Positions 1-13,950 of a DNA stretch of 64,000 nt are shown here, piece by piece. Source of the stretch: Marsupella aquatica (taxonomy: Eukaryota > Plantae > Marchantiophyta); assembly GCA_973895155.1 (NCBI GenBank), contig OZ316892.1, positions 25,629,233 to 25,693,232 of the forward strand. Direction: 5' to 3'. Numbering within the stretch: position 1 is the first letter of the stretch; every line of letters starts with the position of its first letter. The position numbers were made by a program, and so were the translations under genes. The notes beneath the pieces were generated by a model, which worked only from the letters and a program-made list of their open reading frames with translations, had not been told where the DNA came from and made no database searches.

Positions 1-409
1 AGGGGAGACATCAATGCCCTCGAAACCGGACTGAACAGCCATCCCTGAATTTGTGGACGTTGTATTCTAAATTTTTCAGTGGGGAACTTCAACCAAAATT
101 TGAGCATCTTCGACAATCAGTCTTCGCAAGTTTGTTGCCTGTTCTGCCACCACTATTGCTACTTTGATCTGGATATCATCAAGGTCTCTTGCTTCGTGAA
201 ACAAATTTGCAAAGATTGATAAAGTTTCACAAAGGCATAGTGAACAGACTGTGTTTAGGGGAACACACTAAAACTTTAGTGCACTTTAGTTTTGTCACTT
301 ATTTTGAGTCTCTCCAATACAAGTTCTCTCTATCTCTCAATTGGTTTTGTAACAATGAGCCTCAGTTATTAAGGGATTTCCTATTATCTAAGCAAATATC
401 GCTTGGAGA

Positions 410-1472
410 TATGGTGCTCACCTTGAATTATCCTACAAGGCTATGTAAACAAGGACTTTGCTATAAATGTACTAGAGTCCCAAAGGACCAACTCACATGT
501 GCGGGTCCTAAGAAATGCAACCCTTCAGCTGCAGCGAAATATTAGGCAAAAAGAAGATCTTCGATAATGACAAGCAACCAGGAGGATGACTACAAGAAGG
601 CAGAAAATGCAGGCATGACCTGCAAGGGCCAGAAATTTTCCAGCCCTTGCACTCGGGACGCAGTAAAAACCATCGTCAGGCCTGGCGTAGGAGGGGATGT
701 GGCAGAAAACTCTCCTCCATACATATTGCAGCATAACTGGAGTTAGGGCCAAAGTTTTTACAACCCTTCACGTGCGAGTTGGGTCTAAATCTTTTCTGGG
801 CTCACCCTTAATCATCCCACAATGCTCTGTAAACAAGGACTTTGCTAGAATTGTACTAGTCTCCCTAAATCTTTTTGGGGCTCACCCTAAATCAGCCCAC
901 AATGCTATGTAAACAAGGACTTTACTATACACTAGGCTCATTGAATCTTTTTGGGGCTCACCCTGAATCATCCCACAATGATCTGGACACAAGGACTTTT
1001 CTATAATTAACAAGCCCTATAGGAGGGCCAGCCCATAGGGAGTTGGGCCAAGTTGTTTATGGGGCAGCGGGAAGCACATATGTGCCAGGGGTGACCATTT
1101 TCTTCCATCCGTGATCAAGGAGTCAATTATGGGGCAGCCGGAAGCACATATGTACCAGGGGTGCACATTTTCTTCCATCCATGGTCAGGGAAAATAGTCA
1201 ATCAAATCCAACAGCTGTGGGTCTTTCCCGCCTAAGAGCATTTTTTTATATAAACAAAGGACTAAAAAATGGGAGATCCGTGATTATAGTTATAGATTGT
1301 TATTATTATTATAGACTAGTCTCACAAGAACTTTGCTATAATTAATTATACTAGTCTCCCTGAATCTATTTGGGGCTCACCCGGAAACATCCCACAATGC
1401 TATGTACACAAGGACTTTGCTTATAATTAATTATATTATACTAGTCTCCCTGAAACTTTTTGGGGCTCACCC
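410..1472. repeat. Degenerate ~75-bp repeat family, partly tandem (GGGGCTCACCC..ATCCCACAATGCT..AAACAAGGACTTTGCTA..ACTAGTCTCCC)
   Basis: Copies at ~411, ~795, ~875, ~950, ~1370 and a partial copy at ~1460. A separate ~65-bp tandem duplication lies at 1059-1190. Confidence 0.7.
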
Positions 1473-2949
1473 CTTCATCTTCTCATCAGGCTTCCTGTAT
1501 TTGCCGCGTTTTCCCCAAACTCTAGCGTCGTGCTAAATTGGGAACAAACGTGTGGACTTTAGATCATGCTGTCTTCTTGCAATGCTCAGCTGCAGCTGTA
1601 TCTCTCTGTCTGTCTGTCTCCCATCTCTTTGTTTCTGGGGGCTCCACCGACTTTCATCTTCATCTTCTTGTGGAGTTGTGTCTTCTGTCCCCAGCTTGAC
1701 TTACGCCTAAAGAAAGCCCTCCACTTTCCCACCATGCCCTCCGTTCAGTCCTTCCTTGGGTTGTTGACTGGCTCCACCTGTGGATAAGTGGATTCCCTTG
1801 GTGATGACTCTCATCATGGGACCCACTTTCTATCTCGAAGCAATTACAGACCCACTTTCTATCTCGAAGCAATTACGATTGTCTTGGTGATGACTCTCAT
1901 CTTGGGACCCACTTTCTATGTCGAAGCAATTACAGAGTGCATGGTGGCCTGGTGCTGGTGGGGACGACACCAGTTGGCTAACGCTGTTAATTCCCACGTT
2001 GCACAAGGGACAACTGAGACACTGCAGAAACCCACTTTTAGATCGACAGGAAAAGAAGAATGATGGAGTTGTTCACAACGAATTCCGGAAGCAGACTGAG
2101 TCCTGAGCTTGATTGAGATTAAATATCATGATCATCAGGAAAGTGGGAAAACAAATAAAGTGGATTTTGGACGTTGTTGCTCCTGCTGTTCTTGTGACCC
2201 AGGGATGACATGTTCTGCTGCGCCCTCATGTGGCTTCTCGATTTTTGAACTTGGGGAATGGGGAATGGGGAATGTCGGGAAAGTAGCCAGTACAGTCGAA
2301 AGAGTAGTGGTGCCGTAAAGTAATGGCGGAAGCAGCGTTTGACGGAAGGAGTCATGTGAATTGGTTGGGAGGTTGGAGTTTTGAAAAAGTGTAGTGTGGT
2401 CGATGACGACCGACTGGACTGGCGGTATGTCTGGCTGCTGGGCGAGTCAAGACGAGACGGCGGCGAAGATTGCGGAAGCCAGCTTCAAAGTGATGTGGTG
2501 GTCTGCACTCGGTTGAGAGTTGTGTGTTTCATCGTCCACCTCTGGATCCTTTGACTCCGGATGGTCGTCCGAATTAGTCGGATGAACAAATGCTGTAAAG
2601 AAGATGTGGAAGTGGACGGTACTTTCCTGAGGACAGGAAAGACAATTCTTGGCGTAGCACGGGGAGCGAGGGAGAGAGAAAGCGAGCGAGCGAGCGATCG
2701 AGTGAGCATAGTAAAGTATGGGCGGACCCCGTGTCTAGCATTCCAGCACCACACCTCTCCCTTCCCCTCCCTGTTGCTCTGTCTATAGTGGATGCATCCC
2801 ATTCCGGGTGCTGTGATTTCTGTCGAGGACCCATTTAGATCGAACTGCAGGGATTGATTTTGTGAGTCTGTGGCGGCAGGGGAAGAGAGCCTCATCTCGT
2901 CCTTCACATTTTGGTGTGAGACTTTGAAAGCGTCTGGTTTGGTTTAGAT

Positions 2950-5900
2950 ATGGACGGGGGAATGGATGAGAATTGTACAGGGGCGTCGTCGTGTACCACA
3001 GATAGCGATGATAGCTCGATTGATGGTGAAGTGCATTATAGGAAGAGCGCAAGCCGGAGGTGCGCTTCATCGTTGTCATTATCGCAGAGGAGGTTCTCGT
3101 TCTTGTCATGTATCATAGCTTTCTTGGCGGTGGAAGGGGGCGGGATTCGAAACCAGGGGGTGGGATTTGCAGCAGGAGCGGGCCTAATGATGCCGGTGAG
3201 CCGCAGCTTTTCGAAAATGGAGGGATCTGGAACGGCGGAAGGTGAATTGGGTGGAATGACCGCAGAGCACTACCAGCAGCTGCGGGAGCACGATCAGAAA
3301 CGCGCTTTGCACCTCCATCGAAGAAGCTTGACCACCACCACTATTGCTGATTTCCCTCTAAGTGGAAATGATTATTCAGTTGGGTAAGTTATTGTTAAGG
3401 ATTCCCTTCCTATGATAAAAACTTTGCCTCTTCATCTCGGTGCTGTGAATGCGGGGTCAAGGATTGGAGTTGACAGCAAGCATGCTTTGGAGATTTATTC
3501 TGCCTACTTCACTCCACGAGAAGACCGCCTTGGGATATTTTACACCGACTAATATTAGCTTTGGGATTTCAAAATTTATCGCCTGGGAGAAATTGTTCTT
3601 CAGGTCAAGCTTCGTGTTGCAGGCACCATTTGTGATTTGAGACATTTTCAGGCCTGCTTTGTCAATCCTTACACTAGCATGCTGGTAAAATTTGCTCTGC
3701 GGATTGCATTTGTATCACAAGAGCTCCTTTTGAGATTAGCTTCAGTTGTGGGATCTCAGAATCCATGATCTGAGGGAGTCTGCCCTCAAGGTTAGCTGTC
3801 TGGTGGCAGCATGCTTGGGGTCCTTGAGATCCTTTTCCCCTTGCTTCTTCGTTTTGAAAACTTCAAGTATATGGGTGCGAGATTATTATATTCGCGGGGG
3901 TTGAGTTCCAAAATGTCTACCTTTATAGGTGAATTTGGAAAGTGAAAGCTCTGGTCGGAGCCTTCTCTCTTGCGTTTACACTGCCCCACATGTGTCACCA
4001 TTTTGGCCCAAGTTCAGAGCTCCACCCTTGCAATTCATCAATAACAGGTTTGAATCATAATATCTTCGAACTGTATACTCTTAAAGCACCATCAATTCAA
4101 TCACCAACGTGGACGTCGTTATCTTGAGCAGCGACCTTCCAATTTGTCCGAATCTCTTCTTTTTGGACAAGTATCTCCTGTGACTCCCTCTCAAACAGAC
4201 CCAGTCACTTCAAGGTGCCCCAATGCCTCTCTTCTACGTGTGTTAGGTAGTGATCATCTGCCTTCCGCAATAGTTGTAGTCTTCTCCCCATTCCATTACA
4301 CCCCATCCCATACCACACCATATCTGACCAATTCATCTAATGCCACCCCTAGCATTGTCGAATGGCTCGCTGGCCAGAAGTATAAGTACTCAGGCGAAGT
4401 GAAGCTGTCGTTCATATTCTGTTGGTTTCGTCCTTCCCTCAGTTGCGTCTGATTGGTGTTAATATTGTCATCCGGACATTCTGTTGTCCCACCTGGAGAC
4501 AGCCCGGCAAGCTGATTATTCTCAATCATTGCTCGTACGATTGTCCCACGGAGCCTCATGTACACGCTTGCTGCCTTAACTTTCATGTACCGAATACCAC
4601 TGAATTGCTCATGTCATACTTCTTGCAACCAAACTTGATCCGTCATAACTAATTTGAACAGGTAGGTGTGGGCCACCATGGACGATTTGAGTTGCGTGCA
4701 TTGGCTGAGATTCCTTGTTAATAGTTGGGACGGCAAATTCATCGTTAAAGCTAGGTCTTGTCATAAATAGTTGACTTTCAGGACCTTCTCTATGGGCTGC
4801 CGGCCCGCAAACTTTGAGGAGTCCCCAGAGGATGCAGAGAGGTCCAAAGAGACTAACTCAGAATTGGCTTCAGGAATTGCTGTTTCATATTCCCCAAAAT
4901 CTCATCCTGTACGATAAGTGCCAGAGGTGTAAACGGAGTACGAGGCCTTCAGGTTTAGAGTCGGCTCGTCCTACTGCGGAAACGAAATTCGCCGTTTCTT
5001 CGTGGTGTCGGGCAATGGAGGTTGAATGGAACAGACGGAAATCATGCATTCTATCGTGCTGATTTTTCTCGAGACTCCTTGCCAAATTCTGCTTGAAATT
5101 TCACAGACCGTTTGGGACAGATGTTGTTTGGCCCATGTCTCGGAATATGAAGCTTAGGTGGGAGCTTCCCTTGTTTTCCTTTGGATCTAAGCTCAAAAAG
5201 AGCGTGGCCATTGTTGGCAGCAACTAACTGCATACACTCAAAGCACATTTTAATGCATGCTTCTTGCACGGAATGTACTCATCCGGCCCAGTTGTGGGTT
5301 TGTGCAGGTTGTATTACACACAAATTGGGCTGGGATCTCCCTCAAACGAATATTTTGTGCAAGTTGATACAGGCAGTGACCTCCTATGGGTTAACTGTAA
5401 GCCCTGTCCGGATTGTCCCACCAGCACTGATCTGCAGGGGGTCTGTATTCGTCTTCTAACTTGGTCGTGAATCCTATTAACACAAGAAGTCGCTCCTTGA
5501 GGTCATTAATGGACTGAATGTCAGGGTCATCTCTTTTGTCTTGCAGGTTACGTTGCGTCTTTATGACCCAGCTTCATCAACTACATCAACGAATGCCTCT
5601 TGCACTTCAAGCGCTTGTGTTGCAAGTGCAGATATTGGAATCGGGTTTTGTATGGATAATAGCTGTTCCTACTCTTTTGGCTATGGGGATGGCAGTACCG
5701 CCATGGGGTACCTAGTTGAAGAGACGATGACCTACGACACTGGTGCAAACCATTCAACGTCCACCGCATCTGCGACGGTTGTTATTGGGTACGAGCTTTC
5801 ACCTTGCATGACCTCTTCGCTTGAGAGTCCTCCTATCCTTATTCAAGAAACGGTACATCCGTATTGAATCTAAGAGAGTTTTAGATGCTGGTCTCGGTGC

Positions 5901-8900
5901 TCGTATCATTTATATAGATATCCCCGCCAACCTGGAAGACATAGAATTCAAGATTGAACATCTGCGTGATAATTGATTTTGTTCATTCTCAATATGTTAT
6001 AAACACATGTTCCTTTTAATGTTAGATATAAAATATGAATTCGACGTAACATGAATTTATATTTTATTCGTCCATATCCCGTTAAGTTTGGATTTCCGCC
6101 CAAGTTCCAACACTCAGACCTGAGCGAGCAATGTCGTGAAGTCAGTGTTTAAGCTCGACTCTACCATTCGAGACGTCTGTTGGTGAAGCGTTGACTGTAT
6201 TTAGACTTTCTGGTTGATTGTGCTCACGCTCATAGCTTTGGAGTTGGCTTCTTTCGGGTTGCAATTGATGAGCTGTATGAGAAATTTTCTTTGGACTTTT
6301 TGGACTCAAGGGTGCCAGTATTCTAATCATTTGGCTGTTATATGACCCCTTACTGTAACAGTGTAGGCTTGAGTAGTCATATGCCAGATTCTTGTTCCAG
6401 AAGATCATCAGCCCTTTCCTCAAAACTTCTGAGAGATCAAAAGGACCGAAAAATTCGTAATGGGTACTCCCAAATTGGAATTGAAAAACTAAGAAGTACC
6501 TATAATTCTAAAAATATGGAGGGTGTCTTTGGACTTCCTGTTATGTCTATAGTTTATCTCGAAGACTGCAGTACGAGCTAACTTCGAGATGCATGACCTC
6601 TGGCCTATCAGGTGTGGCTATAATCAAACAGGAGCGACTCTCACATCAACCACTCAGGCAACTGATGGAATTATGGGTTTTGGCCAGGCGTCACTATCGG
6701 TTGTGAGTCAGCTAGCAAATTTGGGCTTAACCACAAGCATGTTTGCTCATTGTTTACAAGGAGACACAGGAGATGGAGGAATTTTTGTCATCGGTGATGT
6801 CAAGGAACCTGGAATTGTGTACACAGACTTGGTTCCTATGCAGTAAGTAAAAGAACTTGTCATTTGAATGCTCCTACACCGGTTGCTAGACTCTAGCCAT
6901 CACCATCAGTATAAACCAGCTTCCACTCTTAAGGAGCTTGCTTTTCTTCAGCTGACGTTGGATTGTGGGGTGCCCAGGACTCATTACAATGTTGTTCTAC
7001 AGAGTATGACTCTAGGTGGCACAACATTGAACGTTCCTCCTTCTGTGTTCGATGCCTCTGGCCCTAACAGCGGTACAATTTTTGATAGTGGTACCACGTT
7101 GGCGCTCCTCGTCGATGAAGCATACAAAGCGTTTCTGCAGCAGGTACAATATGGTTTCTCCCCTGAAATCTATCACAATCCTGTCTCTGGCCAATATCTG
7201 TGTTATACACCCAGGCTATTTGGGGCCCAACAGTCAGAGAAATGCAACTCACCAAAGCAATCAAATCAAAACTCGACAAAATAGAATTGAAATTAAATCA
7301 AAAAATAAAGAAAAATCAACAAGAGCGATGTATGTGCAAAGGGGAACTATGTGAATAGAGGGTGAATGAGACGTAATGTTTTCAACTATCTTGGAGAGGA
7401 GGAAGATAGATGGGCACTGATATAATGTTTTTCCGGGCAGCTTCTTTCTGTGGCAACTCCAGTTACGTATATTTCAAATTCTCCTTGCTTTGAAGACCAG
7501 AGGTATGAATCTCCGCTTTGACAGCTGTTCAAATTCAAAATGTGACACAAATCCTTAGATCTTGTTGAAGTGGATTTGTCGAGCTATGTTATCGTAGAAG
7601 GATCGAAGCCATCATTGTTGGAGGATTCCAGTGTGGCATGTGGTATACGGGTATCATTGCATTCGAGAAAAGTGAGCTTTGATATTTGGTTCAGTGAGCT
7701 TATCTCTTAACGTGTTTTATTGATTGCTGCGTCTCCCGATGCTTTTTAATTGCATATTAGAGTCTTGATGCAGAGCATGTCTAAGTTTCTCTAAGACCTG
7801 CACGGAGCCTTCTTTCTCATGGTTTATTTGGTTATCCTCTCAATATGGCATTCCTTGTTTGTATATCAGCGATCTGTCATCTACCTTCCCTAATCTCATT
7901 CTGAATTTTGCGGGCATCAATGGAGCGGGGGCATCAATGGAGCTTGGTCCCACGAACTATTTGTTCCAGCAAACCACTGTATGTGTCTTTTTATCAGTCC
8001 CTGCTATCTACCTAATGCACCAACCTTTGGAGAGGAACTCATGATAGCTTGACGTATCAGTGTCCTCCCCGAAGTTTCTGTTTCATGTAGAACCGTGTGC
8101 TATATTGAAACATAGAATACCAACTGTGACTTTTCTCTGCATTCCTCCTTCTACAAAAAGGTATTAGGCTGCGTGTTTGGTGCCAGAGGTTGTCTGGGCT
8201 GATGTACCCTGTTTTGTTTTTCAAAGAGACCTGTACTTCGCTGTATCGATATTTTGATCTAGTTGGTGAATTCCTTCTCATGGTTAATGGTTGTGATCAG
8301 GGGAGCGTTAATGTATGGTGTCTAGGATGGACAAAAAGCAGTGATAGTGGTCTCACCAGTCTGACAATTCTTGGAGGTAATTTTGATCAAGATGTTTGCT
8401 TCTCTTCTAATGGTCTTTTCTCAGACGAGAAATCAGGACTAGTGGTGGGCAAGTTTAAGATTTGTTGGTCTCCTTATAATTCTCAGTATTTGATCTAAGA
8501 AGAAGCCTGGGAGGAGCCTTGTTCATTCCGCCTAGTTACTCTCGTGCCCGTTTTCCAGATATAGTGCTGAAAAACAAGTTGGTCATTTATGACTTGGGGA
8601 ACAGCAGGATTGGGTGGGTCGATTACAAATGTAAGTCCATCTTTAAACCGTCAAATGTAGCTTTGAGTTCTACGCATTACTTGCTTAAAACCCTCTAGAT
8701 GTTGAAAATCGTCTCTGTTCGACTTATTTTAACGACTCGTTGTGCATGTAGAAGCCTTCTTCAATTTTTTTTCTCTACAAATATGTTTCTGTTTCAGACA
8801 AAATCAAATGTTTTGCTTCTCCTTGGAAGGTTTAGAATGGAGTAACAACTTGTTAAAATCTTAACGTCATCACCTGCTGGTTTGTTCAGGCGAATCGAGT

Positions 8901-9035
8901 GTTCACGTCAGCAGTGGTTCAGGGCAACAGGTAGATCTTGGGGCCAGTAATTCAGCTTCACGTACTCATATATCATATCACTGGACTGTTTTAATCTATT
9001 CAGCAGTGCTGGTATATGCCACTGCCTTTCTGTAG
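2950..9035 (+). CDS. A1-family (pepsin-like, atypical plant type) aspartic protease with hydrophobic C-terminus, possibly GPI-anchored
   Basis: GT-AG exons at 2950-3383, 5308-5440, 5547-5788, 6612-6842, 6978-7143, an unresolved short exon near 7600-7650, ~7870-7978, ~8301-8376, ~8559-8630 and 8890-9035 (TAG). Motifs: LYYTQIGLGSP, catalytic VQVDTGSDLLWV and IFDSGTTLA, YGDGS flap, DGIMGFG, ILGDIVLKNKLVIYDL, and a hydrophobic tail WTVLIYSAVLVYATAFL*. Confidence 0.92.
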
Positions 9036-10319
9036 CATAACACTACCGTTAAGAGAAACAGTTTTTATTGATATTTTACCATCCATTCTCATAAGACTCC
9101 TCTCTTGAAGTCGAGTCTTTCGTAGACTAGTCTTAACGAAAGAATCCAAGGCTTCAGGGAGTGAGAGGAATTATAATTTGTCAAATTCCATTGACAAATG
9201 ACGGGTCCTTTTCGAAGTTAATCTCTTCATGGTTGAGTACACCTGAGACAATGACTACCCACAAGTGTCGATCTGTTTCTTTGACCACTGTTTCAATCTG
9301 CCCACGCAACTTGTGGTTTGTCAACATCACGATATGGGCACTCTTGATATAGCATTCTATATTTCCACTGGCGAAAATGTGAGCTCTGGTTGAAGTGTAT
9401 TTGAATCATTTGGGTCAATTGTTCTTATCGTCAGCGAATTCGGACAGGCTCTTGAGTACCACTTTTATCCTTTCCAGCTTTCTCACTATGTGGCTGGAAA
9501 TGAGAGCCAATAAGGAAACAAAGATTCACTAAAATCTTTTTTCTTTCGTATTTGCTTAGGTTTAAAGATATGATTGTAAATATCGACATAACCAGACTAC
9601 TTGTAAACTCGATAATACTTTTAAAATATAGACAATAGTTGATGTAATTTGGGTACCCAAACTATGGCTGGGTTGAATTTGTATTTCCTGTCAAGTCTGA
9701 ATCCTTTGTAGCAGGGAAGAGTCCACAAACCGGCTCCTTGTTTCGTATAAAGGAAATTCTCCAGGGGAAGATTTACAGCAAGAGTGGGGAATGACCAGAT
9801 GTATCACGTTGGGCCCTTGCTTTGTATCCTGAACGATTTCAACAGAAAGCAAACCGTTGCGTAGATGGCACTGTCTTCACAATCAAACTTGGGAACAGAA
9901 AATTCTCCTTGTGCCTATGTGCAGGGTCAGAAACGAAGAAGGACAAGGAAATACGAGGAAAACTTATTGAAAACGTCTTGCAGCATGAAATTCTTTCATT
10001 ACCGGTGGGCATTCCAAGCTCTTCTGTCTTTACCTCTAGTGGTTCTGACAGTCTTGATTTGAGCCCTTTTTCTCAAACAAGGAAGAAGTATATCATTTCT
10101 GTATTACAACATTTATGAAGCTTCAGTCTGTAGATAGGAAACCATTGCTGAATCCACGGAAATGGGGCGTACAAGAGCTGGCATTTTGTTTAAAAGACTA
10201 GACTACAATAATGAAAACCCTGGCGTGCTACGTAAATAGTCTAGAGCAGTCTTCTCCTTCGTGAAAAAAATAAAAATAAAGTAAAGACTCTGTACTGCCT
10301 TGACGAAAGGACCCCACTA

Positions 10320-10415
10320 GAATATATATGGATGGAAAGAAGGATGGGGAAGAATATATATGATGGAAAGAAGGATGGATGGGGAAGAATATATACGGAT
10401 GGAAAGAAGGATGGG
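10320..10415. repeat. Minisatellite, about 3 x 31-35 bp (GAATATATATGGATGGAAAGAAGGATGGGGAA)
   Basis: Three direct copies are visible. Confidence 0.75.
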
Positions 10416-11939
10416 ATATTATGTCTCTTCTCATTTCTAAAGAATGGACATTTCAGGCTCCTATTATGATATTCAAACACTGCATTGTAGATGGGGCACA
10501 ACTATTTCACTAATTGAGAGGCGTAACTAATCCAAGGGGCGAGTGCATCTACAACACGACACTATGATTAGCAATTTTTGTTGGAAAGGACTGGTAATTA
10601 GGCTCGCCTGAGGAATCGAAACAAATAGTAATCCTTACTTGGTCATTGCTGGTGTCCTTGACATAAAACTGAATATGGAGATTTGAATAAAACATCAATC
10701 TGTCAAAAGGTTCGGTCAGGAAATTTGCAGCGATGGTCAGTCCTAGTGAACTTGTCCACAATGGTACGATGAATTTCTGTTGCAGACGTAAGCCAGGCCA
10801 AGCAAAAATGTTATACCCATGGCAGGATCTAGGTTTTCTCTCCACTTCGAAATAGGCTAAAACACCTCCCAATCTTCTTTGCAAATTTGTCAAAGTGCTT
10901 TGTCTCTGATTATTCTTTCCAATTCCAAATCGACTCCAACATATTTGAACTATTCTTGTGAGAACAGTCAATTCGAGACTCCGTACTTAGTTATCTGGCT
11001 TACATCAACTGGTCATCGTCAGTAGCTTACGTTCTACACGACAACATGAGGATTTAGTCATTTGGGGGGCAGTCAAGTGTCATTGCTAAGATTTGACGAC
11101 ACATCTTTGCACTTTGAGAAAGAGGACATTTTTTGTTGAGCCACAGGTTCTCATAGCTCTTCGAAGGTTTTGTTATTATAGCTGGTCTCCCTATTGCATC
11201 ACTATTTTGTGAAGAAGTGCATTTATCTCTGGCATTCATTGCCGGAGATGGCAATAATTGTTCCAATGCATCAAAACAATTCTTCAAAACACGCAAGCCT
11301 CAAAGCAAGGTCGTTGCAGAGACCTTTAATTTTCTTAACGATGCCACTAAGAAATGCCTCTGCACAACGGAATGCAAAAGGTGATATCCAGAGATGAACT
11401 TGACTTTTGCTCACAAAACACATGTAACTTAAATAAACAAATAAATCTCATACTCGTGGAGGACTCTGCAGCAACTTGATCAGGGATGTAAAGAGGTAGC
11501 AATCAATTTTTATAGTGAACACATGCAACTGAACGCAGCTCTGTCGAAAACCTACAGCATAAAACTAACCCAAATAACTCAAGTAACACTTATTTGAGCT
11601 TTAGATAAGGATTAGTGTTAAAGACTAACTCATGAGTAGAGCCAAATGTTTCGTCACTTCTTGAACATAAAAATTATAGTAACACTGCTTGGTATGAACA
11701 GTCTACTTCTTTACACATAGAAGCCCGATTAGAATTTGGGTGTGCGACATCATAGTAGAACCCGCTTTGTGAATGAAAACTATGTTTCTGAAGTTGTATA
11801 GAGCTTCACCTGAGGACTTCTTGGCCCAATCAATCCTTCTAAAAACCTCCTTGCCATGTTAATTTCGCTATCTTCAAATTGTAAACTTCCAGAATCCCCT
11901 TCTAACGACGCTGAATTGTGTTGACAATTATTTTAATAT

Positions 11940-13950
11940 AAATTTTGAAGTAGATCCAGAAAAACAATCACCGGCCCACCCTTAATTATGTTTGCAAACT
12001 CTATTATTGCTGCATAAGATGATCCACCAGGAACCAGCTCCCACATCTATGCTGGTCTTGTACTTCCCCATCCTCTCTCTCATTGCTGTGGCTTGTTCAG
12101 ATTGAAGGACAACATTAATCGCCTTTGCAAGTCCTGACCGAATGGAAGTGTAATCGCCACCTTCAACCTCGCTTTCCAAATGTCTGGTCATTCAGCTAGT
12201 ACAGTCCGAGCTTGTTAAATGTAGTGGAAGAGAAGGCATGCCTCAACCGAAAGCTAACCGACGTTCGGAAAGGCTGGTATGAGAAGTACGTCGGTTAGCT
12301 TTCGGTTCAGGCATGAGAACCGGCTTTCTGATTGGCTAGGCATCATTCTTAGACGACTCGTATTCTCTTTAGCTAGCCAGCTGCCCATGATTCCAAACAC
12401 CCTCTAATCAAGGATCCTTGCTGGCTATTATTTTCCCCCAAGACCTCCACCTCTTGAGATCGAGACTCCCTTTCCAGAAGGGATCCTTTCCGTAGACCAA
12501 CCTTGAGACCCCTTTCTACCTCAGTCGTCCGCGCTTCTTGACCTTCCAGTCTTTTCTAGGTCACTGGTAAGCATTATTTCTCATAAGCCGGGTTTTTCTA
12601 GCTTGTCAAATTAATAACCAATATCTAGAAAGCAATTAATGGATCTACATTATGAATCGAAGAATTGCATTGCAGAGAACATTACCCGTGACCAATGGAC
12701 TTCATCGAATACTGACTTGGCAATACTGGGTAGGTCAGCGAACGAAGGCCATCCGATTATTGGAACACCGAGGGCGAGACTTTCTATGGTAGTATTCTAG
12801 CCACAGGAACTCAGGAATGCACCGGTAAAAGGATGGGCCAGAATCTTGAGCTGCGGGGCCCAACCCTTAAGCAGTAATGCTGGGTTCTCTACTCTCTCTT
12901 CAAATCCTGGAGGTAGCAATTCAGAGTCATTCTCGTCCACACCAGGAGGAGCTCGGAACACCCACAAGAAGCGTTGGCCACTGTCGTTCAGTCCCCTTGC
13001 CAATTCCGTTACATGCTGCCTTGCGAATCTAACTAGACCAGTCGTTACAAAGCTGACGTACAGCACTGACAATGGAGGCTGCTCGCTGAGCCAGTCAATA
13101 ATTGTGCTTTCGTCAGAGAGTTTGAGGCCTTCCATCGACACAGCAATCTGGGGACAACCCGAGTGGGCCGACGGGTAATACTGGAATGTCACGCTGTGCC
13201 TGCATGATTTGCTATCATGGTGACTTCATTTCCAGCTTGTATTAATTACTCTGCCAAGTCCAAAATCATCAGCATGGTTTGTGAACCTTGCCCCGGCATC
13301 TTGGCGTTTCTTCGTTCACAAATGAAGGGATTTCAAGATCCTGTATTCCAGCTTCACATTTTGTTTTCTTCTTCCCGATTTCTGTTCGACATGTGAGTTT
13401 TCCAGTTGTCGCACATATCCAAGTTGTAATTTGGAGTACTGATGGGAGACAAAATATCTGGGTGGAAAGAAATTTTGTGAATCTCTAGCCGACCTTCTGC
13501 ATACAGCTTGTCTACACGAGACATTTTCGTCAGGATGTGAGGACGGTAAGAGTTCCAATCAACACGAGAAATTTTAGAGCTCGATCAATTTCGAATTCTC
13601 TGAGGTATTGGCACATAGGGTCGATGGAATATTTCTGCTTGTAGTTCCTTAGACGTAAGCTTGAATTGAAGGTAAGATGCATTTTCCAAATCCCGGAGAG
13701 CCTCGATGCCTTCGGCTTCCTTTTGCCAAGCATGTATTCATCAACATTCCATCTGAGTCCAGGACACATCCGGCAAGATCGAGGAAGATGTTGAATCTGA
13801 CAAGGCGGTACTCCTGCTACCAGGATGAATCCATCCTTCTCATCAAGAATGTATCCTTTCAGAGGTAAATTAAGCACAAGTTGCCAAAAAACTGCTAGAG
13901 TGAATGTATCTGGGAATGCTCAACTAACTTGGGAGCCATATCCTTCACAA
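11940..13950 (-). pseudogene. UDP-glycosyltransferase pseudogene (paralog of 55525-58588)
   Basis: Remnants of exons 2, 3 and 4 (LKGYILDEKDG; IIDWLSEQPPLSVLYVSF...WAPQLKILAHPFTGAFLSSCG; AKAINVVLQSEQATAMRERMGKYKTSI). The PSPG-box Trp is a TAG stop at 12797-12799, frameshifts are present, and no exon 1 was found. The 3' flank (~11790-11940) matches the reverse complement of the flank after 58588. Confidence 0.88.

Noticed and set aside
3384-5307. Short ORFs in the long first intron of the aspartic protease
   Set aside because: No recognisable domain, TIR, LTR or TSD. It may be an old insertion but cannot be supported.
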